Of a stretch of DNA of 64,000 nt, positions 1 through 14,178 are shown piece after piece. Origin of the DNA: Camelus ferus (Eukaryota). The notes under the pieces were generated by a model. It made no database searches. It worked only from the letters and a program-made list of their open reading frames with translations, and was not told where the DNA came from. The stretch is taken from positions 39,372,001 through 39,436,000 of the forward strand of contig NC_045696.1 of the NCBI RefSeq assembly GCF_009834535.1, written 5' to 3'. The number at the start of each line of letters is the position of its first letter. Position 1 is the first letter of the stretch. The translations under genes and the position numbers were made by a program.

Positions 1-87
1 AATGCATCATTTCTTTTAATTATTAGGTATATGCTTTATTATTTGTGTGAGATGTATCACCTTGCTAATTTTCCATACAATCATACT

Positions 88-505
88 CTTTTTTACTTTT
101 TAATTATATTTAATTTACAATATTATATTAGTTTCATGATACAACATATTAAATATTTTTTAGATTATGCACCATTTAAAGTTGTTATAAAATATCCCTG
201 TGTTGTACAATGTATCCTTGAAGCTTACCTCTTTTATACACAGTAGTTTGTATCTCTTAATCTTTATCCACTTACTTCTTCCCACTGGTAACCACAGTTT
301 GATCTCTGCATCTGTGAATCTGTTTATATTTTGTTATATTCATGTGTTTATTTATTAGATTCCACATATAACTGGTAACATACAGTATCTCTCTTTCTCT
401 GTCTGGCTTATTTCACTAAGTATAATATCCTCTAGGTCCATCCATGTTGCAAAAGGCAGAATTTCATTCCCCTTTGTAGCTGAGTAATACTCCATTGTAT
501 GTATG

Positions 506-538
<33 letters not shown>

Positions 539-3500
539 CACACCCTTTTAACCATTCATATGTGGATGGGCACTTAAGAGGCTTCCGTATCTTGGCTACT
601 GTAAATAATGCTGCTATGAACATTGGAGTACACAGAGCTTTTCTAATTAGTATTTGTGTTTTTCTCAGATACATACCCAGAAGTTGAATTGCTCGATCAT
701 ATGGTAGTTCTATTTTTAGTTTTTTGAGGACTCTCCATACCATTTTCCATAGCAGCTACACCAATTTACATTCACACCAATAATGTACAAAGCTTCCCTT
801 TTCTCCTCATCCTTACCAACATTTATTATTTGTAGACTTTTTGATGACAGCATTCTGACAGGTGTGAGGTGATATCTCATTGTGGTTTTGAACTGCATTT
901 CCTGGTAATTAGTGATACTGAGCATATTTTCTAGTGCTTCCTGGCCATTTGTACACCATCTTTGAAAAATTGTCCATTCATATCTTTTGCCCATTTTTTT
1001 AACTGTGTTGTTTTGCTGTTGCTGTTGTTGTTGAGTTTTATGAGCTATTTATATATTCTGCATATCAAATTTTTACCAGCATATCACTTACAAATATATT
1101 CTTTCACTCAGTAAATTGTCTTTTGTTTTGTTGACTGCTTTGCTATGTAAAAGCTTTTAAGTTTAATTAGGTACCATGTGTTTATTTTTTCTTTTGTTTC
1201 CTTTGCCTGAGAAGACAGACCCAAAAATATATTGCTATGATCTATGTACAAGAGCATTCTTTCTGTGTTATCTTCCAGAAGTTTTATGGTTTCCAGTTTT
1301 ACATTTAGGCCTTTAATCCATTTTCAGTTATTTTTGTATATGGTGTGAAAAAATGTTCTAATTTCTTATACATGTAGCTTTCCAGTTTTCCCAGCACCAC
1401 TACCTGAAAAGACTATTTATATCCTGTGTATTCTTGCCTTGTTTTTCATAGATTATTTTACCATAAGTGTGTGGGTTTATTTTGGGCTCTAATTTATTTT
1501 GCTCATAGATCCATTGATCTATGTGTCTATTTTTGTGCCAGACCACACTATCTTGAGTACTGTAGCTTTATAGTGTAGTCTGAAGTCAGGGAGTTTGATA
1601 CTTCCAACTTTGTTCTCTTTTCTTAAGATTGCTTTGGCTATTCAGGGTCTTTTCAGTTCCAATACATTTTATGATTATATGTCCTATTACTGTGAGATAT
1701 CTCATCAGTATTTTAATAGAGATTAAATCTGTAGTTTGCTTTGGGTAGTATGGCCACTTTAACAATGTTAATTCTTCCTATCCATGAACACAGGATATCA
1801 TTCCACTTGTCTGAATCATCTACAATTTCTTTCAACAATGTTTAATAGTTTTTAGAGTATAGATCTTTGACATCCTTGATTATGTTTATTATTTTTGATG
1901 TGATTTTAAATAAGATTTTTTTTTTTACTTCCTCTGATAGTTTGTTATTAGTGTTAGAAAAGCATCCAGTTTCTATACATTAAACTTGTATCCTCCAACA
2001 TCGCTGAATTCATTTACTAGTTCTAATAGATTTTTGGTGAAGACTTTTTTTTTTCCATATAGTATCATGTCATCTGCAAATAGTGACAGTTTTACTTCTT
2101 CCTTTCCTATCCGGATGCCTTTTATTTCTTTTTCTTCTCTGATTGCTGTGGCTAGGACTTCCAATACTATGTTAACTAGAAGTGGTGAGAGTGGGCATTC
2201 TTTCGCCTTTTTCCTAAATTTAAAGGAAAGGCTTTCAGCTTTACACCAATGAATATGATATTATCTGTGGGTTTGTCATATATGGCCTTTATGATGTTGA
2301 GGTATGTTCTTTCTATGCTAACTTTGATGAGTTTTTATCACAAATGGATGTTGAATTTTGTCAAATGATTTCTTCTGCATCTATTGAGATGATCATGTAA
2401 TTTTTATCCTTCATTTTCTTAACATGAGGTATCAAATTGATTTACAGATACCATCCTTGCATCCCTCATAAATCCCACTTTTTCATAGTATATGATCCTT
2501 TTTATATATTATTGAATTTGGTTTGCTAATATTTTGCAGATTTTTGCATCTATATTCACAGGACATATTGGTCTGTAATTTTCTTTCTCTGTAGGGTCTT
2601 TGTCTGGTTTTGATATCAGGGAAATGGTGACCTCATAGAATGAATTTGGGAGTACTCCCTCCACTTTAAACTTCTGGAATAGTTTGAGAAGAATAAGTAT
2701 TACCTCTTCTTTATATATGTTTGGTAGAATTCCTCTGTGAAGCCCTCCAATTCTGGACTTTTGTTTGCTTGGAGCTGCTTTTTTTTTTTTTTAATTACAA
2801 GTTCAATTTCACTTCTATTGATCTATCTGTTCAGACTGTGTATTTCTTCTTGATTGAGTCTTGGTAGATTATTTGCTTCTAGAAATTTATTTATATCTTC
2901 TAAGTTGTCCAATTTGTTAGCATATAACTATTCTTAACACTTTCTTATGATTTTATTGTATTTCTGTGATATTTGCTTTAGTTTCTCCACTTTAATTTCT
3001 TATTTTGCTTATTTGGGTATGCTCTCTCTCTCTCTTTTTTTTTTTTTTTTCTGTCAGCTTAACTAAAGTTTTACCAATTTTGTGCTTTTTCAAGAAAACA
3101 GCTCTTGGTTTCTTTGGTCTTTATTGGGCTTTTTTGATCCCTATTTTATTTATTTCCTGTCTGATCTTGATTATTTGCCTCTGTCTGCTGACTTTGGGCT
3201 CTGTTTTCTCTCCTTCTTCTAATTGCTTTAGATTTTCAGTATTTGAGGTTGTTTTCTTGAAATTTTTCTTGTTTCTTGAGGTAGGCCTGTATTATTACAA
3301 ATTTCCATCTTAGAAATTCTTTCACTGTGTGCTAGAGATCTTGGAAAGTTGTGTTTTTATTTAATTTTTTCCTAGGTTTTAAAAAATTTCCTTTTTGATT
3401 TCTTGATTGGTGCATTGTTTTCTTAGCAGCATGTTTTTCAGTCTCCGTGTATTTTGTTTTTCTCATTTTTCTTCCTGTAATTGATTTCTAGATTCATATC

Positions 3501-6500
3501 ATTATGGTTGGAAAGAAAGCTTGTTATAATTTCTGTCCTCTCAGATTTCTTGAGACTTATTTTATGGCCTACTGTGTGTCTGATCCTAGAGAATATTCCA
3601 TGTGCACTTGAAAACAATGTGTATTCTGCTGTTGGGAATATAATGCCCCGTAGATATCTGTTAAGTCTAAGTGGACTATTGTGTAATTTATAACCACAGT
3701 TGCCGTATTGGTTGACAGTCTGAATCAAATGTAAGTTGGACGATAAAGCCCATTACTATTATTGCATTACTGTCAATTTTTCCATTTTTGTCTGTTAGAA
3801 TTTGCCTTATATATTTAGGTGGTCCTGTATTGGATGCATATATGTTAACAAGTGTAATATCCTCTTCTTGTATTGATCCCTTACTCACTGTATAATGCAT
3901 TTTTCTTTTGTCATTGACTTTTTTTTAAAGTCTATTTTGTCTAAAATAAGTATTGCTATCCCCAGCTTTCTTGGCATTTCTGTTTGTATGAAATATCTTT
4001 TTCTATCTCTCTTTTTCAGTCTGTGTATATATTTAGCCCTAAAGTAAGTCTCTTGAACAAAGTGTACTGAAGGATTCCATTGTCGTTTTGGGGGTTTTTA
4101 ATCTAATCAGCCACCCTATGTCGTTTGACTGGAGAATTTATTCCATTTACATTTAAAGTGAATACTGATATGTGCTTATTCCCATTTCATTATTTGTTTT
4201 CTGGTTCTCTGCTCTTTTTTCCATCCTTTAGTTTCTTCTCTTGCGGTTTGATAATTTTCTTTAGTGGTATACTTGCACTCATTTTTCTCTAGTTTTATGT
4301 ATTTATTGTAGGTTTTGATTAGTGGTTACCATGGGACTCATATATGTTGACCTATATATATCTACTTGTTTAAAAATGATAGCCATTTAAATTCAAACCC
4401 CAATCTAAAAGATCTACTTTTTCTCCACTTCCCCACATTTTGTGTTTTGGATACCATATTTTACATCCTCATGTCTATTTCTGCTTGTTGTAGTTATAAT
4501 TTTGTAATTTTTTGCCCTTAACTCTTCATCCTAGCTCATTTAAGTGGTTGATCCTAGCTTTCACTATATAGTTGTCTTCACTATTGGGATTTCTCTTTTC
4601 CTATAAATTTTTCTTGCTTTATTTGTTCCTTTTCCATTTAGGGAAAACCCTTTCCCATTTTCTGTTAAGATCCATTTAGTATTGATGAATTCTTTTTGTT
4701 TTTGCTTGTGTCAGAATTTCTTTATCTATCCTTCAATTCTAAATGTTAATCTTGCTGGGTAGAGTATCCTAAGTTGTAGGTTTTTCCTTTCAGCACTTTA
4801 AATGTATCATGCCATTTCCTCCTGACCTGCAAAGTTTCTGCAGAAAAATTAGCTGATAGACTTATGGGTGTTCCTTTGTTGTGACTCTTTGTTTTTCTCT
4901 TGCTGCCTTCAGGATTCTCTACTTTTAATTTTGGCATTTTAATTATAATGTGTCTTGCTGTGGGTCTCCGAGTTCATCCTGTTTGGGACTCCCTGTGCTC
5001 CCTGTATCTGTTTCCTTCTTCAGGCTCAGGAAGCTCTCAGCCATAATTTCATCAATCAAATACATTTTTGACACCTTTCTTTCTCTCTTCTTCTAGGATC
5101 CCTATAATGTAATTGTTGGTACACTTGATTTGTCCCAAAGGTCCACAAACTCTCATTTTAAAATTGATTATTCTCTTTGCTATTCTAATTGGGTTATGTC
5201 CATTCTTACATCTTCTGGATTGTTTGTGCATTCTTCTTTATCACCTCATCTACTGTTAATTTCTTTTAGTTTGGTTTTCATTTCATTTATTGTATTTTAA
5301 GCTCTGACTGGGTCTTTTTTATATTTTATAGTTCCTTGTTAAAATTCTCTCTGTATTCTTTTCCATAGTTCAGTTAACACTTATTACTAATGCTTTGAAC
5401 TCTTTATCTGGTAAATTATTTATCTTTGTTTCATTAGTTGTTTTTCAGTTTTCTTGTTCTATCATTTGAAACAAATTCCTCTTCTAATTTTGCTTAATTT
5501 ACTCTGTCTCTATGTAATTAGGTGGGACCATTACCTATCCCAGTCTTGAAGAGGTGTCCTTCTGTGGGATCACCCCTATGCAGCCTATGTGAGCCTGATT
5601 TGAAGTGGGCATGGATCACGTCTTCCCCCAGGGTGTGCTGGCAAATATCACTGCTGGAAGGAGGACTGAAGACTGAGGCACCAAAGCCAAAGCCATGTGT
5701 GAGCTGGGGCTTCTCTTATGCTCAGTGGCTGACAGATCCTTATGAGGGAGTGGAGAAGAGCAGTAATGAAGTTCTGGGGGAAAGCCCTGAAGGTCAGTTC
5801 TGAGCAGGTTCCATTCCCTCTAAGTGTGCACTCTTCATACTCTCAGAATCAACATCTTCACCTCAGAGTGGAGCAGCACTGGACAAACAGGATAGAGCCA
5901 GCATTCAGCATGGGCCAGGGCATGTGTTGGGCCAGTCCTAGAACACCATCACAAACTGCTCCTGATATGCCACCTCCATGATGCCAGTAATGGCCATCCT
6001 TGACCCATGTTGATGCAGTGCCCTGCCCAAGCTGGTTATGTCAACCACAACTGTGCATTCTTCTCAGCAATGGCAGTCTTCAACCTAGCGGAAAGCTGCA
6101 CCAGGCCTGAGGGGACCAGAGTGGATGCTTGGTGTTTGCCAGTGCATGTCCTGGGGAGGTAGCAGGTCATTTTCAATCTGCTTTATCTGTCTTGTGACTA
6201 GGAGTAAGTAAGCATGTGCAGAGTCTTCATGAGTGGAATCTTGGTTTCTTACAGCCCTTTTCTTAGTCTTACTGATTTTCAAACTGGCTAAAAGAACTTG
6301 TCTTCCTGGTATTGAACTACAGGCCTGGGGTGTCCAATATGTGGTTAGAAAATGTCACTCCTCAGGCAGGATCTCTGAGTCCATGAAACTGCCTTCGCTT
6401 CTCTGTCCCCTTCCAGGGTCACAAACCCTGACATGATCACGTCTCCTCATTTTCTACTCAACTCTGTTCATTTTTCTTTAGTCTTGGTAATATAAGAGTA

Positions 6501-6625
6501 TTTCTACCTGTCCCAAGTTTGTGTTCAATGAAATTGTTCCACATGTAGATGTATTTTTAATGTCTTCATGGGAGGAGATGAGCTTAGAGTCCCACTCCAC
6601 TATCACTATCTTAATCTCCTCCTCT
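88..6625 (-). mobile_element. Near full-length, decayed LINE-1 (3'UTR about 88-450, ORF2 about 450-4200, ORF1 about 4600-5450, 5'UTR to about 6625)
   Basis: Minus-strand ORF fragments match L1 ORF2 ([47 protein letters not shown]; endonuclease GSIQEEDITLVNIYASN) and ORF1 (KGTPISLSANFSAETLQVRRKW) in the correct order. GC-richer 5'UTR-like segment at about 5520-6620. Many stops and frameshifts. Confidence 0.92.
509..537 (+). repeat. (AC)n microsatellite inside the L1
   Basis: Uninterrupted AC run seen directly. Confidence 0.95.
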
Positions 6626-7254
6626 AATTCTTTTTACCCCTTTGTTTCACTTTCATTCTCTTCATATTTCCTTTCCTGTCTTCAATGACACATACAGATA
6701 ATAGAATCTCCTACATTTTCAGAATCTCATAATTTAATGTTTATTTCTAATGTGACTATGTCTTTTAATCCAATCCAATTTCTTTTGTACCCATAGTTCT
6801 CATCTTATACATTTTCTTTTTGTCCAGCTCTCATTTTTATTTATGAATTTTTGATAAAAGATGTTTTTCCATATATGCAAATGCTATTTAAAGATAGTAA
6901 GTTCAGACTGAGGTATTGTGTAAGAGTTCTTTGTCTATGGTTATTTATTCTGGAAAGAATTTTCATCAAATTAAATATTTCTGTTCATATTTTCTAATTT
7001 GTTCTTATATAAGTTTCATTCTGATGAAGCCTATCATTTTGTATTTTGTATTCTATTTCTAATGTCTACTTCATTCTGGGTCAGCAAGGATAAACGATTC
7101 TATTCAAGGGGCGGTGAGGGGATGCTATAGTTTGGGACTAATAGGTAGGTACAGGAATACACTATTTCTTTAATAGATGGTTTATCTATGATGGATAGAT
7201 GCAGATGTGTCTTCCAAACTTGTGATACTCTTTCATTTATGTAGAAACTTGTTT

Positions 7255-7655
7255 AAGTTGAGGTACCCAAGAAAATGACTCAAGATGGAGATTCGCATCT
7301 AAGAAGTTTGTTGAGGAAGGCCCTCAGCTTCATACATACTGAGGGGGTGAAGGGATTAAACTGGGCAGAAGAGTCAGTTGAATGTAGTCACAAAAAGACT
7401 TTGCCCAGTCACATGTGAAGCTGGAATGTCTCGTCATAGTTTTCATGCATTAAGCAGAAGGCTGGAATTTGTGCCTCTATGAATAGTAACTGGATGCAGG
7501 CTTCACTCTAGAAAGGTTATATAACCTTCAAAATTGAGTTCTCTTCAGCTAAAGACATTTCCTGGAAAGGAACTTAGTTGAGAGCTGTCACCTACTAGCA
7601 TTCTACTGGACAATTAAGGTGAGATCTGGATTGTGAACCACAGGCCTATTAGCAA
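7255..7655 (-). mobile_element. Ancient ERVL-class LTR (LTR16-like), probable 3' LTR of the adjacent internal segment
   Basis: Segments such as gatggagattcgcatctaagaagtttgttgagg, ctgggcagaagagtcagttgaa and gagagctgtcacc resemble recalled ERVL LTR consensus. A related fragment occurs at 60510-60715. Confidence 0.6.
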
Positions 7656-9890
7656 CCACCTCTTATATTACTGTTATTTACTATAACAATTTCCAGGGAA
7701 AGCCTCACCATGATTTGGGTCTTTCTCTTTTCCTAGAAAATCTTACAAGATGAAGATTAATGGGTCACCTGTAGTTCCCACTGTCGCAACTAGTCTCAAG
7801 GCTACACTAATACTCACCTTCTCCCTCCACCTGATTCATTTAACCTCTGCTGGTCCAGGTGACTAACATAGTGGGATGATCCAGAATCAGATCCCTGGGG
7901 GGTGTGAGCCTGGATGCCTGAACCATTTCAGGATATTGTTATAGTATTTGTCTACTTATTGTCAAATCTGAGTAAGAGAGTAACAACATATGCCTATGAA
8001 TCAGCTGAATGCCAAACATATTTTTTCCTTCTCCAATTGCATCACAATAGCTCTACCTCCTCCTGATAACCTGGGTTAATTACCCCAAAATGCTTGTGAT
8101 CCTTCCCTTTCCTGGTGGAATCTTGGGACAAGTAGCCCAAAAAGACTGAATGGCAGTTGTTGCTTTACGTATAATGGGCCCCTTTCTACATCCCCTGTTC
8201 AGAGCATTTTCACTCTGAGAACCAACACATATGTACCCATATAATCCACGGATATAGGGACATAGAGTCCAAATTCCCCAAGAGTTTATGGACACTTTTT
8301 GGTATTCATTTGCTGAAAACATGGCAACAAATAATGGTCACTCTTCCTGGTTGATCCTGCACCCTGGAGTACTGCAGTCCTAATACCTCAATTATATTTT
8401 CATTAGGCCATTCCATACATCAGTTACTAAACCAGTAACTTCTGGGTGAATATAATAGAATAGAACCAAATGACAAGCCACTAACCAATACCACATCATC
8501 CTTACTGCAAACTAGATTTCTTGATCCAATGCAATGTTATGCAACAGTCTATCAGCCTCAGTGGTGCTTCCTGAGGCTTTGCACATAGGAAAGATAAAAA
8601 CTTACTGGGGTTATGCTGATTCTATTCAACATGAACTTCTTCCCACTTTAGAGTGGAAAAGGTTCACAGCAGCACTCTTGCCACCAAGTGGCTGACTGAT
8701 CTCCTGGAGGGGTGTTGCCAAACTGGGGACACTGCAGTGATCTCTGTTGGACAATTTGAACACTTGGCAGGAACAGTTGCTAGATCAGCCTGGAAAATTT
8801 GGAGCCTATGCCATTAGGTACATGGATGGCTCCATACTGGTCATATAGCCAGTTTTCAAGTGTCCATAATCCAGCTATGGGGTGGCAGATGAACAAAGTA
8901 AGATGATCTCAACTGGCTGAGTCATTACCTCTACTTGGTTGTTTAGTAGCCCTTCCATGGTAGATGCTCTCTGCTGGACATTTACATGAATATGAGGATC
9001 TCCACACTTCATATTTACTCCAGGAGATCCATTCATAAGTCTCTTCCTCGTGTATCCTGGTCCCTGATCTTCTCATCTTTCTCCTCACAGGCCAATGACC
9101 AATATTCAAATCATTCACCTCTACCTTGAATCTATATATTCTTAGCTTGGACCATTTTTCTGTCTATACAATGACAATGGATGATCACTCCACTGTCTAA
9201 AGGAGAATTTTCCCTTATTGGTGCCTTTCAAGGTCACCCTGGGTGGAGCTATAGCTCAACAGCAATACATTTTGGTTTGCATCAACATACCAAGTTAACT
9301 GTCCAAGAGCCAACTTGGCCTTTTAAGGCAAGACATGTGAGCTGAGGGAAAAATATCAGTGCAGTGGTAGTTGATGACAAGGAGTTGTGGGTAACCTACT
9401 TGAGTGGCTTACTCTATTCTCTCACCCTGCTCATGCCTGATTCTGAAATGTGGCATCTTCATCTTCCAAAGAATTGGTCTTGGGTCTGCTCAACCTTATA
9501 CTTTTTAGTCTGATACAGTCCAGTTCATGTAGTCAGTTCTGGCCTCTTGGTCATTTGATGTTTCAAAGTCAAGAACTCTTTATCAGGGTTCATAGCATAC
9601 TAGGCAGTTATTTTTTTGAGTAGTTCATAATTCTCTGCTGCAGAGAACAAAGCCTTGCTCCAAAACCATAAGCAATTCTCCTATTAGAGTTTTCCATAAA
9701 CTTTCCACTCCCATCTCTTCCTACCTCAGATACCTCTAGTAACATTGGCCTGTTGAGTCATTTGGCCCATCGAGGCTATTTACCCCACAACATGATCTGC
9801 TAAAAAGCCCTCTCCTGTTTTGGGATGCTATTAAAACTTGCAATCTTCTCCATTTGGATAGATTTATCTGTGTGTAGGATCTTTTCAACT
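7656..9890 (-). mobile_element. Decayed ERVL (class III) internal pol region (RNase H/integrase area)
   Basis: Hand translation of the minus strand at about 8988-8905 gives HVNVQQRASTMEGLLNNQVEVMTQPVEI, resembling the ERVL RNase H C-terminal motif (HVNAHQR...NNQVD.MT). No long ORF. Confidence 0.72.
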
Positions 9891-10229
9891 GTGTCAGACA
9901 TTAAGATATATTTGGAAATAAATTCAAACAAGATCTTGAATTGCTGTATCACAGCCCTAAGATTTTATTAATACGCCACATAATATTACATTTCATTCTC
10001 TGAATGTAAGATTATGATTATTTAATTAATAATAGTGTTAGTGGGAACAACATTGTTTTTATAGCATTAATATAAAAATTAAACTTTTAATACCATTTCT
10101 TTAATTCTTATTCTTTTTATGTTATCTTTTCTTATTTTATAACATACATAGTATCTTAGCACAGTGGTACATTTACCTATTCATAAATAAAAATGTATAT
10201 ATCTAGAATATACTCCCAATGAATTCAGT

Positions 10230-11860
10230 GATATGAATATACACCAAAAATAGCTTGGAACTCTCCTCTAGTCATGCCACCAAAGGATGGAATATAGTGG
10301 AGATACATAATTAGATGAAATAATCTGGGGGAAACTCTAGAATTAAAGAATAAGGTCAAGTGTAGAACCAAGGGGAACACACGCATCATTAAAGGAAAAG
10401 TGAGAAAAAAAAGATAAAGATCTAACACTCAGGAAGACAGGAGCAGTAAGCGTTATCACAGAACCAGAGGTGAAGAATTTCTATACCCAACACCACGGCT
10501 TGGTTAGGAAGAGAATTAGATGTTTTTTGAAGGTGGCATTTAGAGATGGTTGTGATCTCACTGAGAAAGAAGGTTTAGTGAACTGATAGGGGCAGAAAAA
10601 ATAAATGGGAAGGAACCAAGTAGAACTATTTCCAATCTATTTTCCCATTTTCCTTATACTACCTATAAGTATCTCCTATATCACATATGAGTAAGCTTCA
10701 GCCACCCCAGTTTAAGATCCATATTCTAATTAGGTCTTACTCTTTCAACCTTCCAGGCTTTTATTACATGCTTCCATTAGGCTTCTTTTCCTCATGTGTA
10801 TTGCTTATTATAATCCTACTTATCCTGCAAAGTTTATCTTAAATGAGACTTCCAATGAAAAATCTTTCTTTTTCCTTCTGGGTCTTCATTCACATCATTC
10901 ACCATATTTTTAAATAGAATTTTACTCTTTTTACTATCACAGCTTGAATTACCTGCTAGTTAGCAATGTAAGTGTCTTTCTCCCCACTCGATTATGAGCC
11001 TCTTGTCAGGAGCCATTTCTAAAATCAAAGAACTTCTTATCCTGTTCCCATTATACTCATCATCTCTTCCAATATCCTTTATAATGTAAGTATTTGATTT
11101 TAAGTATCAATACAGTGTGTCCTGAGGATCTAGCTCAGTTTGTTGTCAGAAACCCAAAATACAGATGACATGATTGGTCACTTAAGGATGATTAGCAATA
11201 CTTTTACAATCAACAAATAACGAGTCAAACATGATAAAGTGGCAAATGCAGTATAATATCAGGTAATTATCAAGTAGATTAGGAAAAGGAAAATCAATTT
11301 AATTTAAAGGACCTAGGGATGTATTCATGCAGATCTGATTCAAGATAAGAATGAATAGCGGAAGAATGAAAAGAGAAGTTGAAGAAGGTGTTTTTAAAGT
11401 TGAAGGAAACTTTATGAATAAATGAATGAAGCAGGTACACACAGGAACAATGAAGGAATAAACATGGCCAAGTGTCCGATGTTGAGAGGAAGAAAGCAAG
11501 TTCATAGTTAAGATACAGAGAGACTATGGTGCATCTGGAATACCAAAATAAAGAAAACTGATTTGTTTGAAAACTAATCGAATATCACTTCAAATTCTCG
11601 AGCAGGAGAGTATAATTTTTTCACTTATCTGAAATACTAGCTGAGTACTACAAAGTGTCACATACTATCAAGGTGTTGTAAATACAGGAATGAACATAAC
11701 AGAGAAACCCTTTTCCTTTTAAGTCTATATAATGATGGGGGTGAGTGGAATTAGGGAAGGAGTAACCTATTACAGATGTACTAACAAATATGTAGTGCAT
11801 TAAAGAGTGATTAGTGAATGAAGGGGGAAAAGGCAAGGTAAGAAAGATAAAGACAGCTGA
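10230..11860. mobile_element. Several old L2 fragments in both orientations
   Basis: L2-like purine-rich tracts (about 10230-10620 and 11300-11860) and a pyrimidine-rich 3'-end-like tract (tccccactcgattatgagcctcttgtcagg near 10981). Confidence 0.5.
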
Positions 11861-12099
11861 GTAAACTTAAAAAGAAAGAAGAACCATCTTAGTAATTCAT
11901 ATGCGAGACTATATAATAATACTAGAGTTTACAGTGAGGTTTTTGTAAGACATTGGGATAAATCAACTCACAAGTGAATTTGCTGACCCTGGCTCAACCT
12001 ATCACAACTTTCAGTCTCCTCTCAAAATTCTAATCATCTTTCATAAGCCATATTAACTCCTTCAGTAAAAGTTCAAGTCAACATGAAACTCTTTCCTGC

Positions 12100-12477
12100 T
12101 CATTTTACATTTATGTAGAATAATTAACAGAATTAAAAATGAGGTCAGTTACATAATAACCAGCAGGTGATCATCAAATGAATGACCTTAGTGAAGGTAG
12201 TTTGCTTTAACCTGTCTCATGGGGCATCCTTATGTGTGCTGGTGACTAAATCCCCACACAGAAATATAGTGATGTCAGTGCAGGAAAATCCCTTAGGACT
12301 TAACAGTGATTTTTAACTTTGCATTGAGAGGAACAGAGTTATTGACTCTGACCTATTTGTCCATGTTTTCAAAAATTCTTTTAATCCCAAATGCTTTAGA
12401 GACCAAGGTTTATATCTGAAATTCTATGAGATCTAACACAATAAAGCAAACATGAGGTGTTACAAATCTAGGTAAGG
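12100..12477 (+). promoter_or_regulatory. Putative promoter and non-coding exon 1 of the OR5K3-like gene, ending at splice donor CTAG|GTAAGG (intron starts 12472)
   Basis: TAATTA homeodomain site (12121) and O/E-like TCTCATGGGG and TCCCTTAGGA. The block TGATGTCAGTGCAGGAAAATCCCTTAGG (12270) is paralogous to 48435 upstream of the second OR, with a donor about 200 nt downstream in both. Confidence 0.6.
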
Positions 12478-13154
12478 GAAGTATCCTAATCTATTTTTAC
12501 TCTTAATGTAAGTATTCATTAATACTTATTTATATGAAGTATTAAGCATTGTTTGCTGTTGTTAGATTTCAACTACTCAGTTATCTTTCTAGCTCTTCCC
12601 AAAACTGAAGGCTATGGAGAAACTAGGGTAAGACTGAAAATTCAATTCATATTGACCTTTTCTGATTGAGGTAGAACATCAAAATATACAGGTAAGAAAA
12701 TAAAGTAAATCTGTTAAATAATTCAGGAACTTAACAGTGAATGTTTTTTCTAAGCTTAGCTGAATAATTAATGGGCTAATATTTAATATTTTAAACAAAT
12801 AAAATTTTCAACCAAGGTCTTTATTTTAATATGTGATTATGGAAAAATAAACTCATTTTATACATAGAATTCTTATGATTAGACACATCAGTCAATATTC
12901 CTATGGATTACTAAATAATGGTAGAAGACAGCCATTTAAAGCAAAATGGAATTTGTACACAAAAATTTTATTAAGATTTAAAGGATTTTCTCTTTTTCTA
13001 AGTGTTAGAAAACTAAGGTATAATGGTAAGTTTACTTTTATTAGCTTTTAATCTACTGTGAAATACTTCAGAAACTCGCATAATTTTCTTAGAAACAGAA
13101 AAATAGTAGATGAGACAACTCAGATAAAAGAAAGATAATTAAATTTTGTATTAA

Positions 13155-14178
13155 AATATATATTATAGAAATATATTTGACATATAACACTGTGTAAGTT
13201 TAAGATACATAACATGTTGATGTTATACATTTGTATAAAGTAATAGGATTGCCATTGTAGCATGAGTTGGCATTCTATCACATCATGTAATTGTCACTTC
13301 TTTTTTGTGGTGGGAACAATTAAAACTGGTAGTTTCTTACCAGTTATAATGACTATAATAAAATGTTGTTTATATTCACTTTGTGTGCATTAGGTCTTCA
13401 AGACTTATTTATCTACCTGTTGCAGGTTTGTACCCTTAAACAGTCTCTCTCTTACTTCCCTACCACCCAGCCCCTGGTAACCACTATTTTATTATATTTT
13501 AATGAGTTTGGCTTTTTCAGATGTACACGTAAGTCGTATCTTATCTTACAGTATTTGTCTTTCTCTGACATCTCTCTTAGCATAATGTCCTCAAGGTTAA
13601 TCCATGTTGTTGCAAATGTTAGGATATCCTTTCTGAAGGCTGAATGTCCATTCCCTTTTATCCATTCATCCTTTGACAGGCACTGAGGTGTTTCTATATC
13701 TTAACTATTGTAAATAATGCTGCTATAAATATACAGGAGTGCATACATCCCATTGATAATCTGTTTTCATTTCCTTTGAGTATTGCAGAAGTGGACCTTG
13801 CAGGATCATATGCTAGTACTATTTTTAGCTATTTGAGAAAACTCCAGTATTGTTATCCATAGTGGCTAAACCAATTTACATTCCCACCAACAGTATTTTC
13901 TTCACATTCTCTATTCATCACATTCTTGGCAATATTTATCTCTTACCTTCTTGAGGATAGGCATTCTGACACATGTGAGGTGATATCTCATGGTTTTGAT
14001 TTGCATTTCCCTAATGATTAGGGATGTTGAACATCTTTTCATGTGTCTGTTGGCCATTTGGAGGTCTTTTGGGAAAATGTCCCTTTAGTTCCTTAGCCCA
14101 TTTTTTAATCTGAATGTTTTGTACTTTTATTATTGAGTTGTATGTGTTCCTTACATATTTGGATACTAATCCTTAAAT
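13155..14178 (-). mobile_element. 5'-truncated L1 3' end (L1MA-like) in the predicted OR 5'UTR intron
   Basis: Typical antisense L1 3'UTR/ORF2-end text (gtgaggtgatatctcatggttttgatttgcatttccctaatgattag). Confidence 0.85.
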
